Below are positions 1 to 18,785 of a DNA stretch of 64,000 nt, one piece after another. The stretch is from positions 37,138,001 through 37,202,000 of the forward strand of contig OZ024751.1 of assembly GCA_964016885.1 (NCBI GenBank), read 5' to 3'. The notes below the pieces were generated by a model. The model was not told where the DNA came from, ran no database searches, and saw only the letters and a list, made by a program, of their open reading frames with translations. Position 1 is the first letter of the stretch; each line of letters opens with the position of its first letter. The translations under genes were made by a program, and so were the position numbers. Origin of the DNA: Eledone cirrhosa. Its lineage: Eukaryota.

Positions 1-29
1 CACCCAAACATTGTGTAACTCGAACACTT

Positions 30-448
30 AACTACAACAACAACAACAACAACAACACCAATATCGAAATCGAAATAAAAACAATAGCAATAACAATAGG
101 AACAATAATAACAACAAAAACACCATCCCAAACAATAATAACAACAACAAAACCAACTTCAACAAAAACAACAACAATAACAACAACGTCAGTAACAATA
201 ACAACAGCAGCAGTAATATCAACAAGGTCAGCACCAACATCAATGATAATAAAACATCATCAGCTACAACAGCAACAACAATAATAGTAAGAAGAACAAT
301 AGGCATAGCAACAACAACAAAAACAACATAGAAAACATAGAAGAAGAGGAAAGCAAAGATAAAATCAAAAAAATAAAGAAAGATATAGAGAGAGAGACAG
401 AGATAGATTGAAAGCAGGAAAGAGAGATAGATAGAGAGAGAGAGTGGG

Positions 449-524
<76 letters not shown>

Positions 525-548
525 TAGAAGAGAGAGAGAGAGAGTAGT

Positions 549-608
<60 letters not shown>

Positions 609-609
609 T

Positions 610-660
<51 letters not shown>

Positions 661-799
661 GAGGGGGGAGGGAAGAGAAATTAGGAAAGAGATAGAGAGT
701 GGGGAAGAGAGAGCGAAGATATTTGAGAGAGAGTTGAGAAAATAGTGAAGAGCAGAGATTGAGGGTAGTTTAGAGAGAATGGGCAGGAGATGGTAGTGG

Positions 800-853
<54 letters not shown>

Positions 854-860
854 AGGAGAG
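30..860. repeat. Compound microsatellites: (CAA/AAT)n followed by (GA)n
   Basis: Imperfect CAA/AAT triplet runs at ~30-330 and long GA runs at ~385-660 and 800-850. Confidence 0.9.
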
Positions 861-1457
861 AATGAGAGATTGGGATGAGAGAGTAGGAGAAAAAGAGAGA
901 GTGGGGAAGAGGGAATGATGGTAAGTGAGAGGGCCTTTAAGAGAGAACTGGAGAGGAAGGAGTATAACATTATATTTTGAATGGGATAGTTCACAGACAA
1001 AACTTATCTATGTTTGAGGAAGACAGATAAATATACAAAATAAAATATAAAAAAAAAATACTCAAATAAAAATCAGACAAAACGACGTATATTTCCCTCC
1101 CTCACAAGCATCCATGTTGGAAAGATAAAGAAAAAAAATGTAGCATACAAACAACAACATCAACAACAACAAGAACAACAACAACAACAATAACAACAGC
1201 AACAACAACAGCAGTAACAACAACAGCAACAACAACAACACCAGCAGCTGCAACAACAACAACAGCAACAAAAAAAACAACAAAAAAAAAAACGACAACA
1301 ACAACAACAACAGCAGCAACATATATTTGTTCCTTCCCATCCTAGTGGATATCCACGTCTCTCGATATATTCAAAGACTCATGCAAATTCATTAAAAATA
1401 AATACAATATCAATATATGCTGTAATCAATAACGAATATTAATAGATACAAAAAATA

Positions 1458-5286
<3,829 letters not shown>

Positions 5287-5747
5287 AATAAGTTTCAGGA
5301 TTTCGAAATTGCTGGTAATGGGTTGTACTGATCTGCAAATATTTAGTTTTGTCTTTATACCGAACATTTCAAAATAAATGCTTCTGTGTGGTAGCAGGAA
5401 GCAGGATTTCCATATATATTAACATTTTGATTGAAGAATTTGTCTCTCAGGTAGCTGATGATTAAGGTACTATATACTTGATATCAGACCTAACCTTATT
5501 AACAATGGTGAATAATTACTGCTTCGTTCATTAGAGCTATTTATGATGAAGGGATTTGCTACTTCAAAGCTCGTATCTTTTCAGCTTACTCCTACCTGGA
5601 ATTATAATCAGAGCTAACGTTACTAACGAAAGAGGTTTAAATGGAAACGGTTAGCGTATGTATATATTCATGTTATGTCCGTCTGTTTGTCAGTTCCAAT
5701 TCATGAATTCATACATACGTTTGTATGCATATATGCATGTATTTGTG

Positions 5748-5793
<46 letters not shown>

Positions 5794-7924
5794 CATATTA
5801 GTATGTATGTAGGAATTTATATACGTATGTACATGTACGTATGTGTGTATGTATGTGTATGTAAATATCTATCTATGAAAACATGCATTAATTTAAGCAT
5901 ATATGTTTGTATGTAATTTCGAATTCATGCATATGTGTATATATGTATATTTATGTTCGTACTTATATATATATGTATGAATGTATGTATATATATGTGT
6001 ATACATGAATGTAATTACTAATGTATGTATAATAATAATATTTTATATATTCCGGACCAATCAGTAACGTTGTGGTCATAGTGAGGAACTGATGTGAAAA
6101 TCTTCACCAATTCCCTTATTGGAGCTTTAAGCAAAATATTCATGAAGAATTATAACCAATATACGTCACATCAAGCCTATTTCTTGCTCAGTCAGAAATT
6201 ATCAGCAGCCATAATCCCTTTGAACAACACGCCACCTTACTAAAATATATAATCACGCATAGGATCAGATTTGCCTAACCAGAAGCAATGTGGCCAAATG
6301 CTATTTTTGAGGCCATTGGAATAATTTGTTTTGGTTCTTGGCGATGTCTGATTTGGTTCTTAGCAACATATATTCAGATTCTTGGTGTTTTGGTTTTGAA
6401 TCCTGTCAGTCAATTTCACTTTTCTCGACTTGTAATTACTAGCAGATAAACCACCTTTAAATTACAAACTAATCGTGGCGTTCTAGCTTGAAACACCTTC
6501 GGGTAGAATTTTACATTAAACCCCACCCGGGGGTTTTAAAAACCCGAATCTCTATTGGAATTTTCGAGTCGACATATTCAACTATCTCCTTTCCCTTACA
6601 TTTCTGACTTAGACATTCTTATAGATACAATTGATTCTACAATAAATATTTGTACTGAGTGTTAAACTGCCAAAATATTATTTCGTTATATCATATTTCT
6701 CTCCAGAAAAGGCCCTGTGATGTGGAATGGTGGATGGAATGATTATCGGAGACTTATACATCGGGTAAGGTAGGTTGATACAGTAGCTATAACTCGTTAT
6801 ACTTTTGGTACTTCCTTCGCGACCGAAGAAAGCTCTACACAGCTGAGGTAGATCGTACAACCAAGGGGGTAGTTTAGCAACATCACCACTTCTCGTCATG
6901 GCATTTTTGTCTAACTTTTCCATTTTATGGCCCTCATTGGGTGGGGTCATGGGTGGGGATTCCTTATCATACCCCTAATTCATTTTAGTGTTTTAAAGCA
7001 TGGAGGATTTTTGTTTTGTTTAGATAAAGATATCTTTTTTGAATAGTTTATGTCCTTATTGACACCGAACTGGTAGTGGGAAAGATGTGTGATGGTGTTT
7101 ATTGATAATGTTATTATCGTTGTTCAATTCATTATCTTAAAATATTATTTTTGATTTATCTAAAGTCAAGATGATTCTAAATCAAGTCTAATGAGCAATA
7201 CACTACACACATATATGACTCACCCCTGACCCTCTACCTTGACATGTTATCATGTATGTACACACATAGACAAACCATCTCTATCTGTCTCTACTACCTT
7301 CACATAATGTTATCATTTACGTACACATATATATATATATACTCCTAAACCTGTATATGTGTGTGTTTGTGTGCTCTCGCACATCGGTAAATACATATAG
7401 CAATATATAAATACTTAAATGATGGTTATATACATAATCACATCACGTATATATATATATAAATACACACACCTACATGCCTGTGTATTCAGATGAGTAT
7501 ATCTAATTTTCTTCTGTAAAACAAAGTTCCAGCGATGGTACGAAATTAATATGTGCAAGATATTAAATATGCAAATACAAAACTTATCACTTGCTTTCTT
7601 TCCTCGTTTCTATTTTAGTTTGGCTAAAAAAGATATATTCTGTATCTCTTCACTGGTTGTACTTATTCTAAAGATAACTTCTTATGTTAAGTTTACCATT
7701 TATTTTTGGTACTTTTGTTTCCAAACGATTTCTTGTTTACGCCAAGTAAAAATATTTAACTATTCTGAAGATTTTAAATTTATCTTTGTTTTGTTAGTTT
7801 TAAAAGTAAACAACATAACCAGAGCGATGTGGTATCTTATTTTCTTAAATTTCTGTATTCCATTTCAAATGGCTGATAAGAAATCTCCCTTCGGAAAAGT
7901 TATGCTTACACACATGTATGTATG

Positions 7925-7964
<40 letters not shown>

Positions 7965-7965
<1 letters not shown>

Positions 7966-8146
7966 GTTTCTACTTTAGGCACAAGGCCAGCAATTACCCA
8001 GTGCATTACTGGTACTTTATTTTATCGACCCCGTAAGGATGAAAGGCAAAGTCAACCTCGGCGGGATTTGAACTCAGATCGTAAAGGGACGTAACTATGC
8101 TGGAAAGCATGGCGTCCGACCCTCTACCGATACTGCCAATCTACCG
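7965..8146 (-). mobile_element. tRNA-derived SINE (Nin/Deu-like central domain), family 1
   Basis: Minus strand reads A-box-like GGTAGATTGGCAGTATCGGTAGA, B-box GAGTTCAAATCCC, then GAGGTTGACTTTGCCTTTCATCC...GGGGTCGATAAAATAAAGTACCAGT. Homologous copies lie at ~35950-36124 and 44297-44479. Confidence 0.8.
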
Positions 8147-8499
8147 ATATAATGTACGTGTGTTTGTGCGTGTACCATTATTAATATGTATGTTTATAGT
8201 TATTGTTTATATTTAAACCATTCTATTATTTTGTAACAATAACTATTGTAAATTAGTGATCCTCTACTTTTGAGTGTATGTATGTGTATGTGAGTTGATG
8301 TGTGGATGTGTTTGCATGTGTGGATGTGTTTGTATGTGTTCATGTAAAGGTGTGTGTTGTGGGCGTGTTGTTGGGTGTGTGGATGTATGTTTAAAATTTA
8401 TTTTTAATCTTTGACATAAAATATTCATCGTTCCCTAAAAGATTATCCAACCAGTAATTCCCGAAATGGGTTTCCAGATATCCCAGTGGTCTGCCAAAT

Positions 8500-8660
8500 A
8501 TATGAGGTTCGGCTGAACATTTCATAGGCTGACTGTAAAATCTTGCATGCATCAATCTCAACTATTGTTATTATAATAACTACATTGTTTCTTTTCAGGG
8601 ACTATGTTGAAATTAAACCACATTTGGTCATTCCATGCGAGTTTCTTTTCCCATCGCAAC
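8500..8660 (+). mobile_element. Partial degenerate copy of the mariner-type MITE at 34189
   Basis: GGCTGAACATTTCATAGGCTGACT...TGTTGAAA...GTCATTCCATG aligns by eye with 34198-34345. Confidence 0.6.
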
Positions 8661-10177
8661 AGGCAAAGTTACTCGATGATAAAATATATTAGATCTTAAT
8701 AGTTAGGTATTCAGTAAAGATTTAATTGAAAATCATAGTGACCCTCAAAATATTATATGCCCTCTGCCTTCATGATGTAGAGAACAATTTTCTGAAGATA
8801 TGCTCTTTGATAAGTTCTTTGAAGATGTTTCAGATGTAGAAGGAAATACTTTTGGTAGGTATTGTAGTGATACATATCAAAATAAGTAGGTATAACTTAC
8901 GGTATTTTGTTTAGGTAACGTATTGCACTGATAGATGCGTTTATGGTGAATTTCATAAGTTTTAGACTAAGCTTTTAACATATTTGCTAAATTCTTTGTG
9001 GCAGCTTTGACACTAACTTGTCAATACATTTATATATAACATTTAGCATTTACCTATTGTGTATATATTATATAGATTTCCATTTAACGTTTCTGCATGT
9101 ATCTCTATTTCCATATGACATCTATGTATTTACTACTATATATTACCGGTCAGTTTTTTTACATTTAACATTTATGTTTATATATAACTTGTCAATCGAT
9201 ATTATATGCAATAAACAGCTGCGATATGTGTGGACTTTTGTGGGCTTGCTGTGTATTATAACATATGTATAAGGGAGGTGGCACCAAGCCAATAGTGCCT
9301 CGGGTCACCAATGGACTAAATAAGCCCTAGAAAGAAACGAATTCCATAGCTGTTCAACGAATACACAACTCTCTCACCACTATAGAAACACACACGATGA
9401 TATATTTATTTAAGATGATGTTTCATATATTAACTTGTAATATGTACTACACCTTATCTCATAATCTATTATCTTTATTACTGTCATAGATGTAATCGGC
9501 GTATACTGTAAACATACCCCCCCCCACACACATATATAAATATCTATGCAGATATAACACAATGCACGATAACATATATTGCATATATTTCACAGATATA
9601 ACTGATATAAAGTTTATTATTATTTTTATTTTTATTATAGCTGTGTTTTTATTTTACACGAAGAAAAATGTGTGTTTTATCAGTATTTAGATTAACGCAT
9701 CTGTATTCTTCTTATAGACAAAAGTTTCATTGCAAAGCAATGCTGTGTGTGTCAAGTTGGGAAAGTCGGTAGAATATTTAGTAAATGAAACAGTAAACTA
9801 GAAGTAGAGAAATAAAACAGATAAAAAGTTCAAAAATAAACCATTTTATCCGAACCGTACTAAGAATATGCATACAAGAAAAATTCCTGCGAAATATAAC
9901 TGAAAAATCAAATATACAAAACATAGCTACAAAAAATTATTTTTAAGAATTTCACAGATCTGTTGCGCAGTCTCCCTAAAATAACTTCGCTCCATTCGGT
10001 GTAAGGTTTCTTCTCAAATCTCATTAATATATTCGCATGAATAAGGATCAGTTCTACAGAGAGGATAAGTGAATAAAAGAATAAGAACTAAATCTCCATA
10101 GCAACAGACATTTATATACCTGGATGTTTTGACGCATGATTCAGTGCATAAAAACACAAACACCAAACAAAGATAAA

Positions 10178-11385
<1,208 letters not shown>

Positions 11386-11574
11386 TTAGTTTGTAAAACA
11401 TATTCTCATATATTTTAGTTGTCAGATATATTTAACGACAAACAATGTATTAGTTTCTTCTCTCTTCCATTATATATATATATATATACATATACACACA
11501 CACACATACACTCATATATACATATATACATATATATATATATACATTTTTTTAGCCTTCATATCATGTTCTCC

Positions 11575-11645
11575 TGTTTTATCTGATGAAAACACAAATA
11601 TTATTGCTTGATGATGTTTGTTTTTGAAATGCGCATAATAAAATA
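11575..11645 (+). ncRNA. Minimal type I hammerhead ribozyme (Penelope/retrozyme-like)
   Basis: Stem I TGTTTTAT/ATAAAATA; core CTGATGA (11583-11589); stem II ACAAATATTATT/GATGATGTTTGT with G-U pairs; GAAA (11626-11629); palindromic stem III TGCGCA; UA cleavage site. Confidence 0.8.
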
Positions 11646-11710
11646 TATGGAACTCCTTTAACCATCTTTTGATCTTATATTATATATATACATATATATA
11701 TATGGTTACG

Positions 11711-11779
<69 letters not shown>

Positions 11780-11854
11780 TTACGCATATGAGTGCTTATA
11801 CCGTATATATATGGTATAAGCACGCATATGCGTAACCAAGCAGATGCTGTTGGG

Positions 11855-12110
11855 TCTCCGTCGGTTCCGTAGATAAATAGGCCGTTTCTTTGATCAATGG
11901 CACGGCCTGCTTCTGAGATTCGAGTGCAAGTCGCCGAGCATTCCACAAAAGCATGTAGCTGAAACATTGTTGTTAAGGACCATCTTCGTGACAGAGTGTG
12001 TGACACGGTCGACTATTTAAATTATAGTTTCAACTGTCTTGTTGAAGACACAAACCGAAAGCGCTTGGCGACGTGGTCGGTGTTTTACATATGTCTTTAA
12101 CCATTTTGCC
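11855..12110 (-). mobile_element. Diverged SINE (CORE-like body with LINE-derived tail)
   Basis: GC-richer island. TGTCTTGTTGAAGACACAA and CTTTAACCATTTTGCC resemble TGTCTTACTCAAGGAAACAAC and CTCTAACCACTAAGCC of the 33100 SINE. The tail assignment is from recollection of cephalopod SINEs and was not verified. Confidence 0.5.
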
Positions 12111-12848
12111 TCTCTCCATCTCACCATATATATACCTACCACAGTGGCTTGCTTTAAATCAAAGATCACAAATCGCCACAAAACAGCACATCCAGGACCC
12201 GAAGCAAGTGTATTCAATAAACATGCAGCCAATCTTACACACTAGATATATACATACATACATATATTCACATACACACATACAGACGGGCTTCCACACA
12301 GTCACAATCTATCAATTTTCATCGACAATATCATTGATCTATCCGAGGCTACATCAGAAGAGACTTATAGTAAGATGCTTCACTGTATCACTGAATCTGA
12401 AACCAGATGGTTTTAGCAAAGCGATCTCTTTCACCACACAGTCATGGCTAGTAGTCTATTTCAATAGATCTTCTTGTTTTTATATTATTATTCTTATATT
12501 AATAAGATAATCCAATTTTTAATTCCTCAGAAGTCCTTCTATTGCTATTGTTTGTGTCTTCCTTTCGTTATGGAACTCACTATTTTATCGCTAAACACAG
12601 TAAAAGCTATTGTCTTTCATAGAAAATTAGATGTACACGTAAAAGCACAATTATGTCGCTACTAACAACCTTTTTTCCTGAAAAAAATTTAGCTTGTTAC
12701 CTTAAGAAAACCATATACAATAACATCAAAGACGTCTTGGATATCTCTGAAATATCGCAGTTATTTTTGTTGTTATTATTGTTCTGTTATGACAAACTAA
12801 TCATGTTAGCAATAAATGTCCTTCGTATTGTTATTCTTATATTTTTAA

Positions 12849-12888
<40 letters not shown>

Positions 12889-12952
12889 GTGATTTGTATT
12901 TAATTGGCTTCTCTTAATAGGAAAAATAATGATAATAGTAACAATGGCAATC

Positions 12953-12990
12953 ATAATAATAATAATAATAATGATAATAATAATAATAAT
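12953..12990 (-). repeat. (ATT)n tail/target microsatellite at the 3' end of copy A
   Basis: AAT repeats directly abut GATTTCTTTATTAACC, the reverse complement of the element terminus GGTTAATAAAGAAATC. Confidence 0.9.
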
Positions 12991-15900
12991 GATTTCTTTA
13001 TTAACCACAAGGGTTTACATAAAGTAGACATTAAGGACAGTGCAGGACAATGCAGGACGGTACAAATGGGCATTTCTGCGTGTAAAAAAAACAAAAATAG
13101 AGGATGTAACAAAAATAACAATGAAAATAACAATGAAAAATTCCCCAATAGGGGGGAGACTTCGGAGGGACATTTGTGGAGAAAGCCCAGTAAAAAGCCA
13201 CAATGACCCTGACCACCAAGGCAAGTGCCCTCTCCCAGTTTTCCACCTTTAGTTTACAGATATATACTCAGAGTCGGCCCATTCACTCGGGCCATTCTTG
13301 CTTCTCTCACCCATCTTTCAACAAAATGCTGGGAAGAGAGCACTTCCTTCTCTACTCTGATTTTCCTTTTCAAATGAAATTTGAAAAAGTCAATCAGAGC
13401 ATCACCGAAGAGGTAAGTGCTCGTCTTCAGCCCTTTCAAACGTGTCCACCATACTATCTCTTTCGCCATGGCCACCAGACAGATAAAAACTGCCTGCCCT
13501 TCCCGGCTAAAGGAGGAGGGCGGGGCAATCCTCACGATAGACTCAGATGATAGCTGGATCCGTCCTAAACGCGACAGCAGGTGTTCGACATAAACCCACA
13601 AGTCAGCAATTTTCGGACACTGGACGAGTGCGTGCAGGACGGTTTCGTCGCCCTGCGCGCATCTCGGACATGCCCGGCTGACGGCACCTCCATGCCTGTA
13701 GAGTTTATCCCGAACTGGCAAGGCTCCTCGGTAGCACTGCCAGGCCAGAGATTTCTGGAAGTTGTCCATAGGCCCTGGCCCGAAGGTTCTTCCGAAGAGA
13801 TTGGCTAGTTGATTTTCGTCGACGCCTAGAGTTTCCCCAAGTACGTCGTCGCTCTTCCCCTCCACTAATCCTCTATAGAACGCCGAGGTGGAGTTTCCAC
13901 CGATCACATTGCCCGATTGGTCGAGGGCTGTGAGCGCCTGAAGACATTCCAGTCTCCAGGCGCTCCCTCTCGGTCTTCGCTTGACCCAGGACTGCAGCTC
14001 CGTCAAGGAAACGAGCTGGGGAAAAACGCGTCTAGCAAACGGCGACCACACCTGATCACCGTCGAGGAAGAGGTGGAGATGTCGTAGCCTGAGCGCGTGC
14101 CTGCGCATCATCAGCCACGGCATGCCCAGCCCTCCACGTAGCGGGTGTTGACAACAGATGGACCGCCTGACCATCGGAGCACGTCCCTTCCACAAAAAGC
14201 GAAAGAGCAAACGCTCCAGCGCAGTCAGGCGAGGCTTAGGACAAGGTACGACGGTTAGGCGGTAGCAGATGACAGACGCGATGTACGCGTTAGCCACCTC
14301 CGCTCGACCTTTCAGGGATAGCTTCCTCTCCGCCCATTTCTGGGTGAGAGAAGCCACCCTGCTCGTCACCTCGTCCCAGTTTTTGTCCGTCTGGAGGTCC
14401 GGACCGAACCAGACCCCTAGCAATTTAACCGGTCCGTCCGTCCAGCGCCCGACGACGCTGTTGGACGGCATGGACCTGCCTCTCCAGGTGCCGAGCTGCA
14501 GGCCCACTGACTTTTCCTGGTTGATCATTGCTCCTGTCACCGCTTCGTATTCTCTTAGTGTAGTGCCGATCGCCTCGATGTGTTTGGCGTTCGACACCAC
14601 TACGGTGACATCGTCCGCATATGCTGACACGGATCTTCCGCATCCTAGTTCGCGCGGGACTCCCCTCAACGTCTCCAGTTTGTGCAGTAATGGCTCGAGA
14701 GTCAATACGTACAAGAGGGACGAGAGGGGACATCCTTGGCGGACCGAGCGCATGATGTTGAACGGTTCCGACAGGTGACCGTTCACTCTCACCACAGAGC
14801 AGATGTCGCTGTGCATGGCAGCGATCCAGCCTCTGAAGACGGGCCCAAAGCCAGCCGCCCTCAGGACTGCCGCTAGGTAACGATGGTCGACCCTATCGAA
14901 AGCTTTCGACTGATCTAAATTGATCAAGGACCCACCCGTGCCAGGTTCCCTAGCTACCCTCTCTACGATGTATCGCATGAGGTGGAGGTTGTCGTGGATG
15001 GATCTGTCGGGAATGGCGCATGTCTGCGCCTCTCCCACCAGACCACCAACGACAAGCGCCAACCTCTTTGCTAGCACCTTGGCCAAAATCTTAAACTCTG
15101 TGTTTAGCAGAGTTATGGGCCGGAAATTGTCTATGTTATCCCCCTTGTTCGGATCCTTTCTCAGCAGTGCCACCGCTCCTCGGCTCACAGAACTGGGAAT
15201 TCTCCCGTTCTGTTGCCAGTTGCAGTAGACGTCCGCCAAGAGGCCTCCGAACAAGTCTGGCATCTGTACGTAAAGTTCATAGGGCAGACCATCCAAACCA
15301 GGCGATTTACCCCTTGTGCAGCCAGTCATTGCCTCCCTTACTTCAGCGGCTGTTATCGGCTTTTCGCAACACTTCGCCTCAGTGGCCGAGAGCCGCGGCA
15401 GTCCGTCGAGGTAGACACTAAAGTCCATCCCTCTACCCGGCCCCCCGCTGCCCCCGAACAGCTGAGCGAAGTGTCGCTGAAAAGCTTCACACATTTGCCC
15501 GGGATCGAGTAGCATGCGCCCGTCGTGGTCCACCAAAGACCGGATCGTGGCTTTGTTGCCACGACGCGCCTCCGCCACTCGGGCCCATTGAACGGCTTTC
15601 GTCCCCTCGTGTCTGAGAGCACGCACCCTAGCTCTGACAACGCAGCCTTCGTGCTTTGCATTGAAGAATTGGTCAAGGGCCAATTTCGCCGCAAGCACGT
15701 CGGTCGCAATGCCTTTGCTAAGCGCCTCGTCTAATTTTCTAACTAGTTCTCCCTCTGCTCTATTTTTCTCTATTGCTAAAGCCTTACTAAACCTAATCGA
15801 TTCTATTCTAATCGCTCTTTTCAGAGCAAACCACCACTTGTTGTTGACGATGGCCCCCGTCAACGCCCGCTTAACTAGTTCGCTAATCCGGTCTCTGTAG

Positions 15901-18785
15901 GCCTTGCGCGCTGGTAAGGACGCGTTTAGCTTCCAGTAGCCGGGTCCTCGTCTATGAAGCCTATCTAAGTCAAGCACACAGATCACGAATTTGTGGTCCG
16001 TGTAGCTGACTATCTTGAATTGTGGACAGCCTATGCTAGACCTATCTATTTCCCTACAAAATACTCTATCTAGATATGATCTGGATGACCCTATGCGGTT
16101 TGTCCAAGTCCACATTGGCACATTCGGGAAATCCAATCGGTACCTGTCAGACAGTTCAAAACGCCTGAGCAGGTTGGTGAGGCTCTTGCACCCTCCACCC
16201 CTATCCGCTAATCCCACACAGTCCCAGCGTGCATCTAAGATCCCGTTCCAGTCGCCCACTAACACTAAAGAGCGCGACGTTCCAAGAAAGGTCTCCAGAC
16301 GCCGGAAGAAATCAGGCCGCCCTGCTCCTGTCGGGGCATAGACGGCCACTAGCCTGAAAGCTTGCCCGTCTCCGCTGGTCACGTCCAGCACCACCAGCTT
16401 ACCCTCTGGGTCCAGGAAGATGGCCCGTATGGCGAGATCCAAACCTCTCCGAAAAAGCACAGCAACTCCTCCACCCGATCCAGGACGGCTGGGAGATGCG
16501 TACACATCGTAGCCGCCGAAGATCGGTGCGAAGGCCCGTGCTTCGGAGATTCTTGTCTCGCTGATGGCCACTACATCTATGTTTAGTGACCTGAGGTCGT
16601 TGAGCAGGTGACCCTGCTTCCATGACGACCCCAAGCCACGCGCATTTATGCTGCCTATTCTGAGTGAGGTCATGTTTAAAATAGAGTGGAAAAGATGGGA
16701 AAGACCACTTACCGTATTTTTGGTAGAGGAGGGATGGTTTTTACATCCCTTTTCACTTGATCGTCTGGTGAAGGGACCGTTGAATCGTCCCTTCGGCTGG
16801 TCGTCGGCTCTTCTAAGAGAATGTCTGAATATACTCTTCGATTAATGGTTCCTCCTAGGTCCCTGAAATCACCAACTGCGTTGGGGAATTTCGTTTTAAT
16901 GTTTGTGTATTGTTTCTGTGCTATTTTTAGCAGTCTTATGTTAGTTGGCGTTTTGATTGGTGCTGGTATTATGTAGTCCTGTTGTGAAATGTCTGTGTGT
17001 TCAATTATGTAAGTCATTAGTTTCTTGTTGTGTGTGTTTATTGCCGTGCATTTGTTTTTCTGGGGGTGGGGTGTGGTTCTGCTATTTTCTTGTCGTTGTT
17101 GCTGGGTGTGTGTGTTTTGTTGTTGTGTTTGCGATGTTGGTGCTTGTGGTGGTGGTGTTGAAGGTGTTGTTGGCGGTGGGGTTGTCGCCGGTGGTGATGG
17201 TGGTGCTGGTGTGGGTGGTGATGGTGTTGGTGGTGTTGCTGCTGTGGGTCTCTTTGCAGTAGACTTTACCCTTTTCTCATTTCTTTCCTCCCTTTTCAAA
17301 GGCGACGATGCGCTGCTTCTGCGTTTGTGCCTTCTTGAGACCTTTTGCCATCCCTCTCCCACCTCACACTCCATGTCTGATTCTGTAAGGTCGGGGAGGG
17401 GTACCAGCTCCACTCTTTCACTTGTTGTTGTTGGTGATGTTTGCACTGGAGTCTCTGTTGCAGCTGCATTTGGTATTGCTGTTGTTGTTGTTAATATTTC
17501 CACTGCTGCTGCTGTCTTTGATTTCCGTGGAGTGGGTATGGGTGCCACGGACCTATCGTTCCTGGTTGCCGCTTGTCCTGTTGCTGGTAGCCGTGGAACC
17601 GGATTCGGGAGGAGGGGGGTTTTCTCCTTTCTCAGGGTCTTCTCGTTGCAGAAGGCCCTGAGGTGAGTCTTCGATCCACAGCGAAAGCATTTCGGGCGTT
17701 TGCCCTCAACACTTATGGGCAGTTGAGTGCCGTTATCGAAGTCTATCACATCCGGGATAGCTTCGATGCACTCCTGGTTGGTTTGGATTAGCATCTCAAT
17801 GGAGGAGCCGACCCAATCTTCTCTTACTTTTTTCTGTACTTGCAGTACAGTTGTTTTGTCCTCGATTCCGACGAGGACAGACGCGGCCAGCCAAGAAGGG
17901 GTCATTCCGGGGGGGACGTGGGTCAGTTTGACCCTCACAATTTTTTGCCCGCAGTAGGAGGGCACCAACACCATTTCCTCGCTCCTTAGGGTCACTACTG
18001 ATTGGGCCTTTGCCTCCTGGGGTGTGGCAAAAAGTACGTCTACGGTGGCGTATTTTTTGCCTCGGGTGATGTGCGTTTTCCTCTGCCACACAGACCCCAA
18101 GGCTTTTTGTATTTGGGCCTCTGTGGCTCTTTCCACCCTACGGGATTTTGTACTTACTGTACGGTACGTGACCGTACAGTGCTCTTGGGTTTCGAAAAAA
18201 TTTTTCGCTGCCTTGCAGATTGCTCGGTGTCCGTTCTTTGTCACCATCTTCTTCGCTTCCTCTAATTCCTCATTTGTTATGAGGATTGTTTCCAGGTTTT
18301 TCGCAATACCTGCAAATGAGATTGGTTTTTCTCTGCTGTTGTTGTTGTCGTCAGAGCTGCTGGTACTTTTGTTGTTGCTGCAGGTACTACGACTACTGCC
18401 TCCGCCGCTGTTGCTGTGGTTGTTGTTGGTGTTGCTGCTGCTAATGCTGTTGTTGTTTATGCTGCTGGTGATGCTGTTGCGGCTGCTACTGTTGTTTTCA
18501 TTGTCACTGTTGCTGTTGTTATTACGGCTGCTACTGCTATTATTCCTGACGTCAGACGAATGAACTGGGTTTTCGTATTTCCCGCACACCTGTTTCGTCG
18601 CTGTCGTCGTCGTCGTGGAGAAACCTTGCACGCTTTGCACGAGACTTTTCTTTTCTTTCGTCGCTTGCGAAAGAGAAGGTAGGGAGAGAGACACATTTAA
18701 AGAAGGGAGGGAGAGAGACAATCTTCTCTCTCCTGTAGTGATGATTGAGGAAGAAGAAGACGGAATGAGTGGGAGTGACGTATGA
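12991..18785 (-). mobile_element. Tx1/L1-group non-LTR retrotransposon, copy A (5795 bp, lacks 5' 235 bp)
   Basis: ORF1, ORF2 and 3' UTR are near-identical to copies B-E. Homology to the full-length copies begins at TCATACGTCAC (45719 in copy C). Confidence 0.95.
13254..16673 (-). CDS. ORF2p: APE endonuclease, reverse transcriptase, C-terminal CCHC (1139 aa), copy A
   Basis: EN motifs SINARGL, SETR, VGDWN, YLDR, TDH; RT motifs KSPGLDGLP, FRPITLLN, DQSKAFDRV, VRQGCPLS, YADD; CPRC-x8-H-x4-C. GPGYWKLN linker typical of L1/Tx1. Confidence 0.97.
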   Translation of the reverse strand: MTSLRIGSINARGLGSSWKQGHLLNDLRSLNIDVVAISETRISEARAFAPIFGGYDVYASPSRPGSGGGVAVLFRRGLDLAIRAIFLDPEGKLVVLDVTSGDGQAFRLVAVYAPTGAGRPDFFRRLETFLGTSRSLVLVGDWNGILDARWDCVGLADRGGGCKSLTNLLRRFELSDRYRLDFPNVPMWTWTNRIGSSRSYLDRVFCREIDRSSIGCPQFKIVSYTDHKFVICVLDLDRLHRRGPGYWKLNASLPARKAYRDRISELVKRALTGAIVNNKWWFALKRAIRIESIRFSKALAIEKNRAEGELVRKLDEALSKGIATDVLAAKLALDQFFNAKHEGCVVRARVRALRHEGTKAVQWARVAEARRGNKATIRSLVDHDGRMLLDPGQMCEAFQRHFAQLFGGSGGPGRGMDFSVYLDGLPRLSATEAKCCEKPITAAEVREAMTGCTRGKSPGLDGLPYELYVQMPDLFGGLLADVYCNWQQNGRIPSSVSRGAVALLRKDPNKGDNIDNFRPITLLNTEFKILAKVLAKRLALVVGGLVGEAQTCAIPDRSIHDNLHLMRYIVERVAREPGTGGSLINLDQSKAFDRVDHRYLAAVLRAAGFGPVFRGWIAAMHSDICSVVRVNGHLSEPFNIMRSVRQGCPLSSLLYVLTLEPLLHKLETLRGVPRELGCGRSVSAYADDVTVVVSNAKHIEAIGTTLREYEAVTGAMINQEKSVGLQLGTWRGRSMPSNSVVGRWTDGPVKLLGVWFGPDLQTDKNWDEVTSRVASLTQKWAERKLSLKGRAEVANAYIASVICYRLTVVPCPKPRLTALERLLFRFLWKGRAPMVRRSICCQHPLRGGLGMPWLMMRRHALRLRHLHLFLDGDQVWSPFARRVFPQLVSLTELQSWVKRRPRGSAWRLECLQALTALDQSGNVIGGNSTSAFYRGLVEGKSDDVLGETLGVDENQLANLFGRTFGPGPMDNFQKSLAWQCYRGALPVRDKLYRHGGAVSRACPRCAQGDETVLHALVQCPKIADLWVYVEHLLSRLGRIQLSSESIVRIAPPSSFSREGQAVFICLVAMAKEIVWWTRLKGLKTSTYLFGDALIDFFKFHLKRKIRVEKEVLSSQHFVERWVREARMARVNGPTLSIYL

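Noticed and set aside
13581-18682. Antisense and alternate-frame ORFs inside the element (e.g. 213, 179 and 169 aa)
   Set aside because: Shadows of GC-rich or low-complexity coding sequence. Their recurrence only reflects copy identity.
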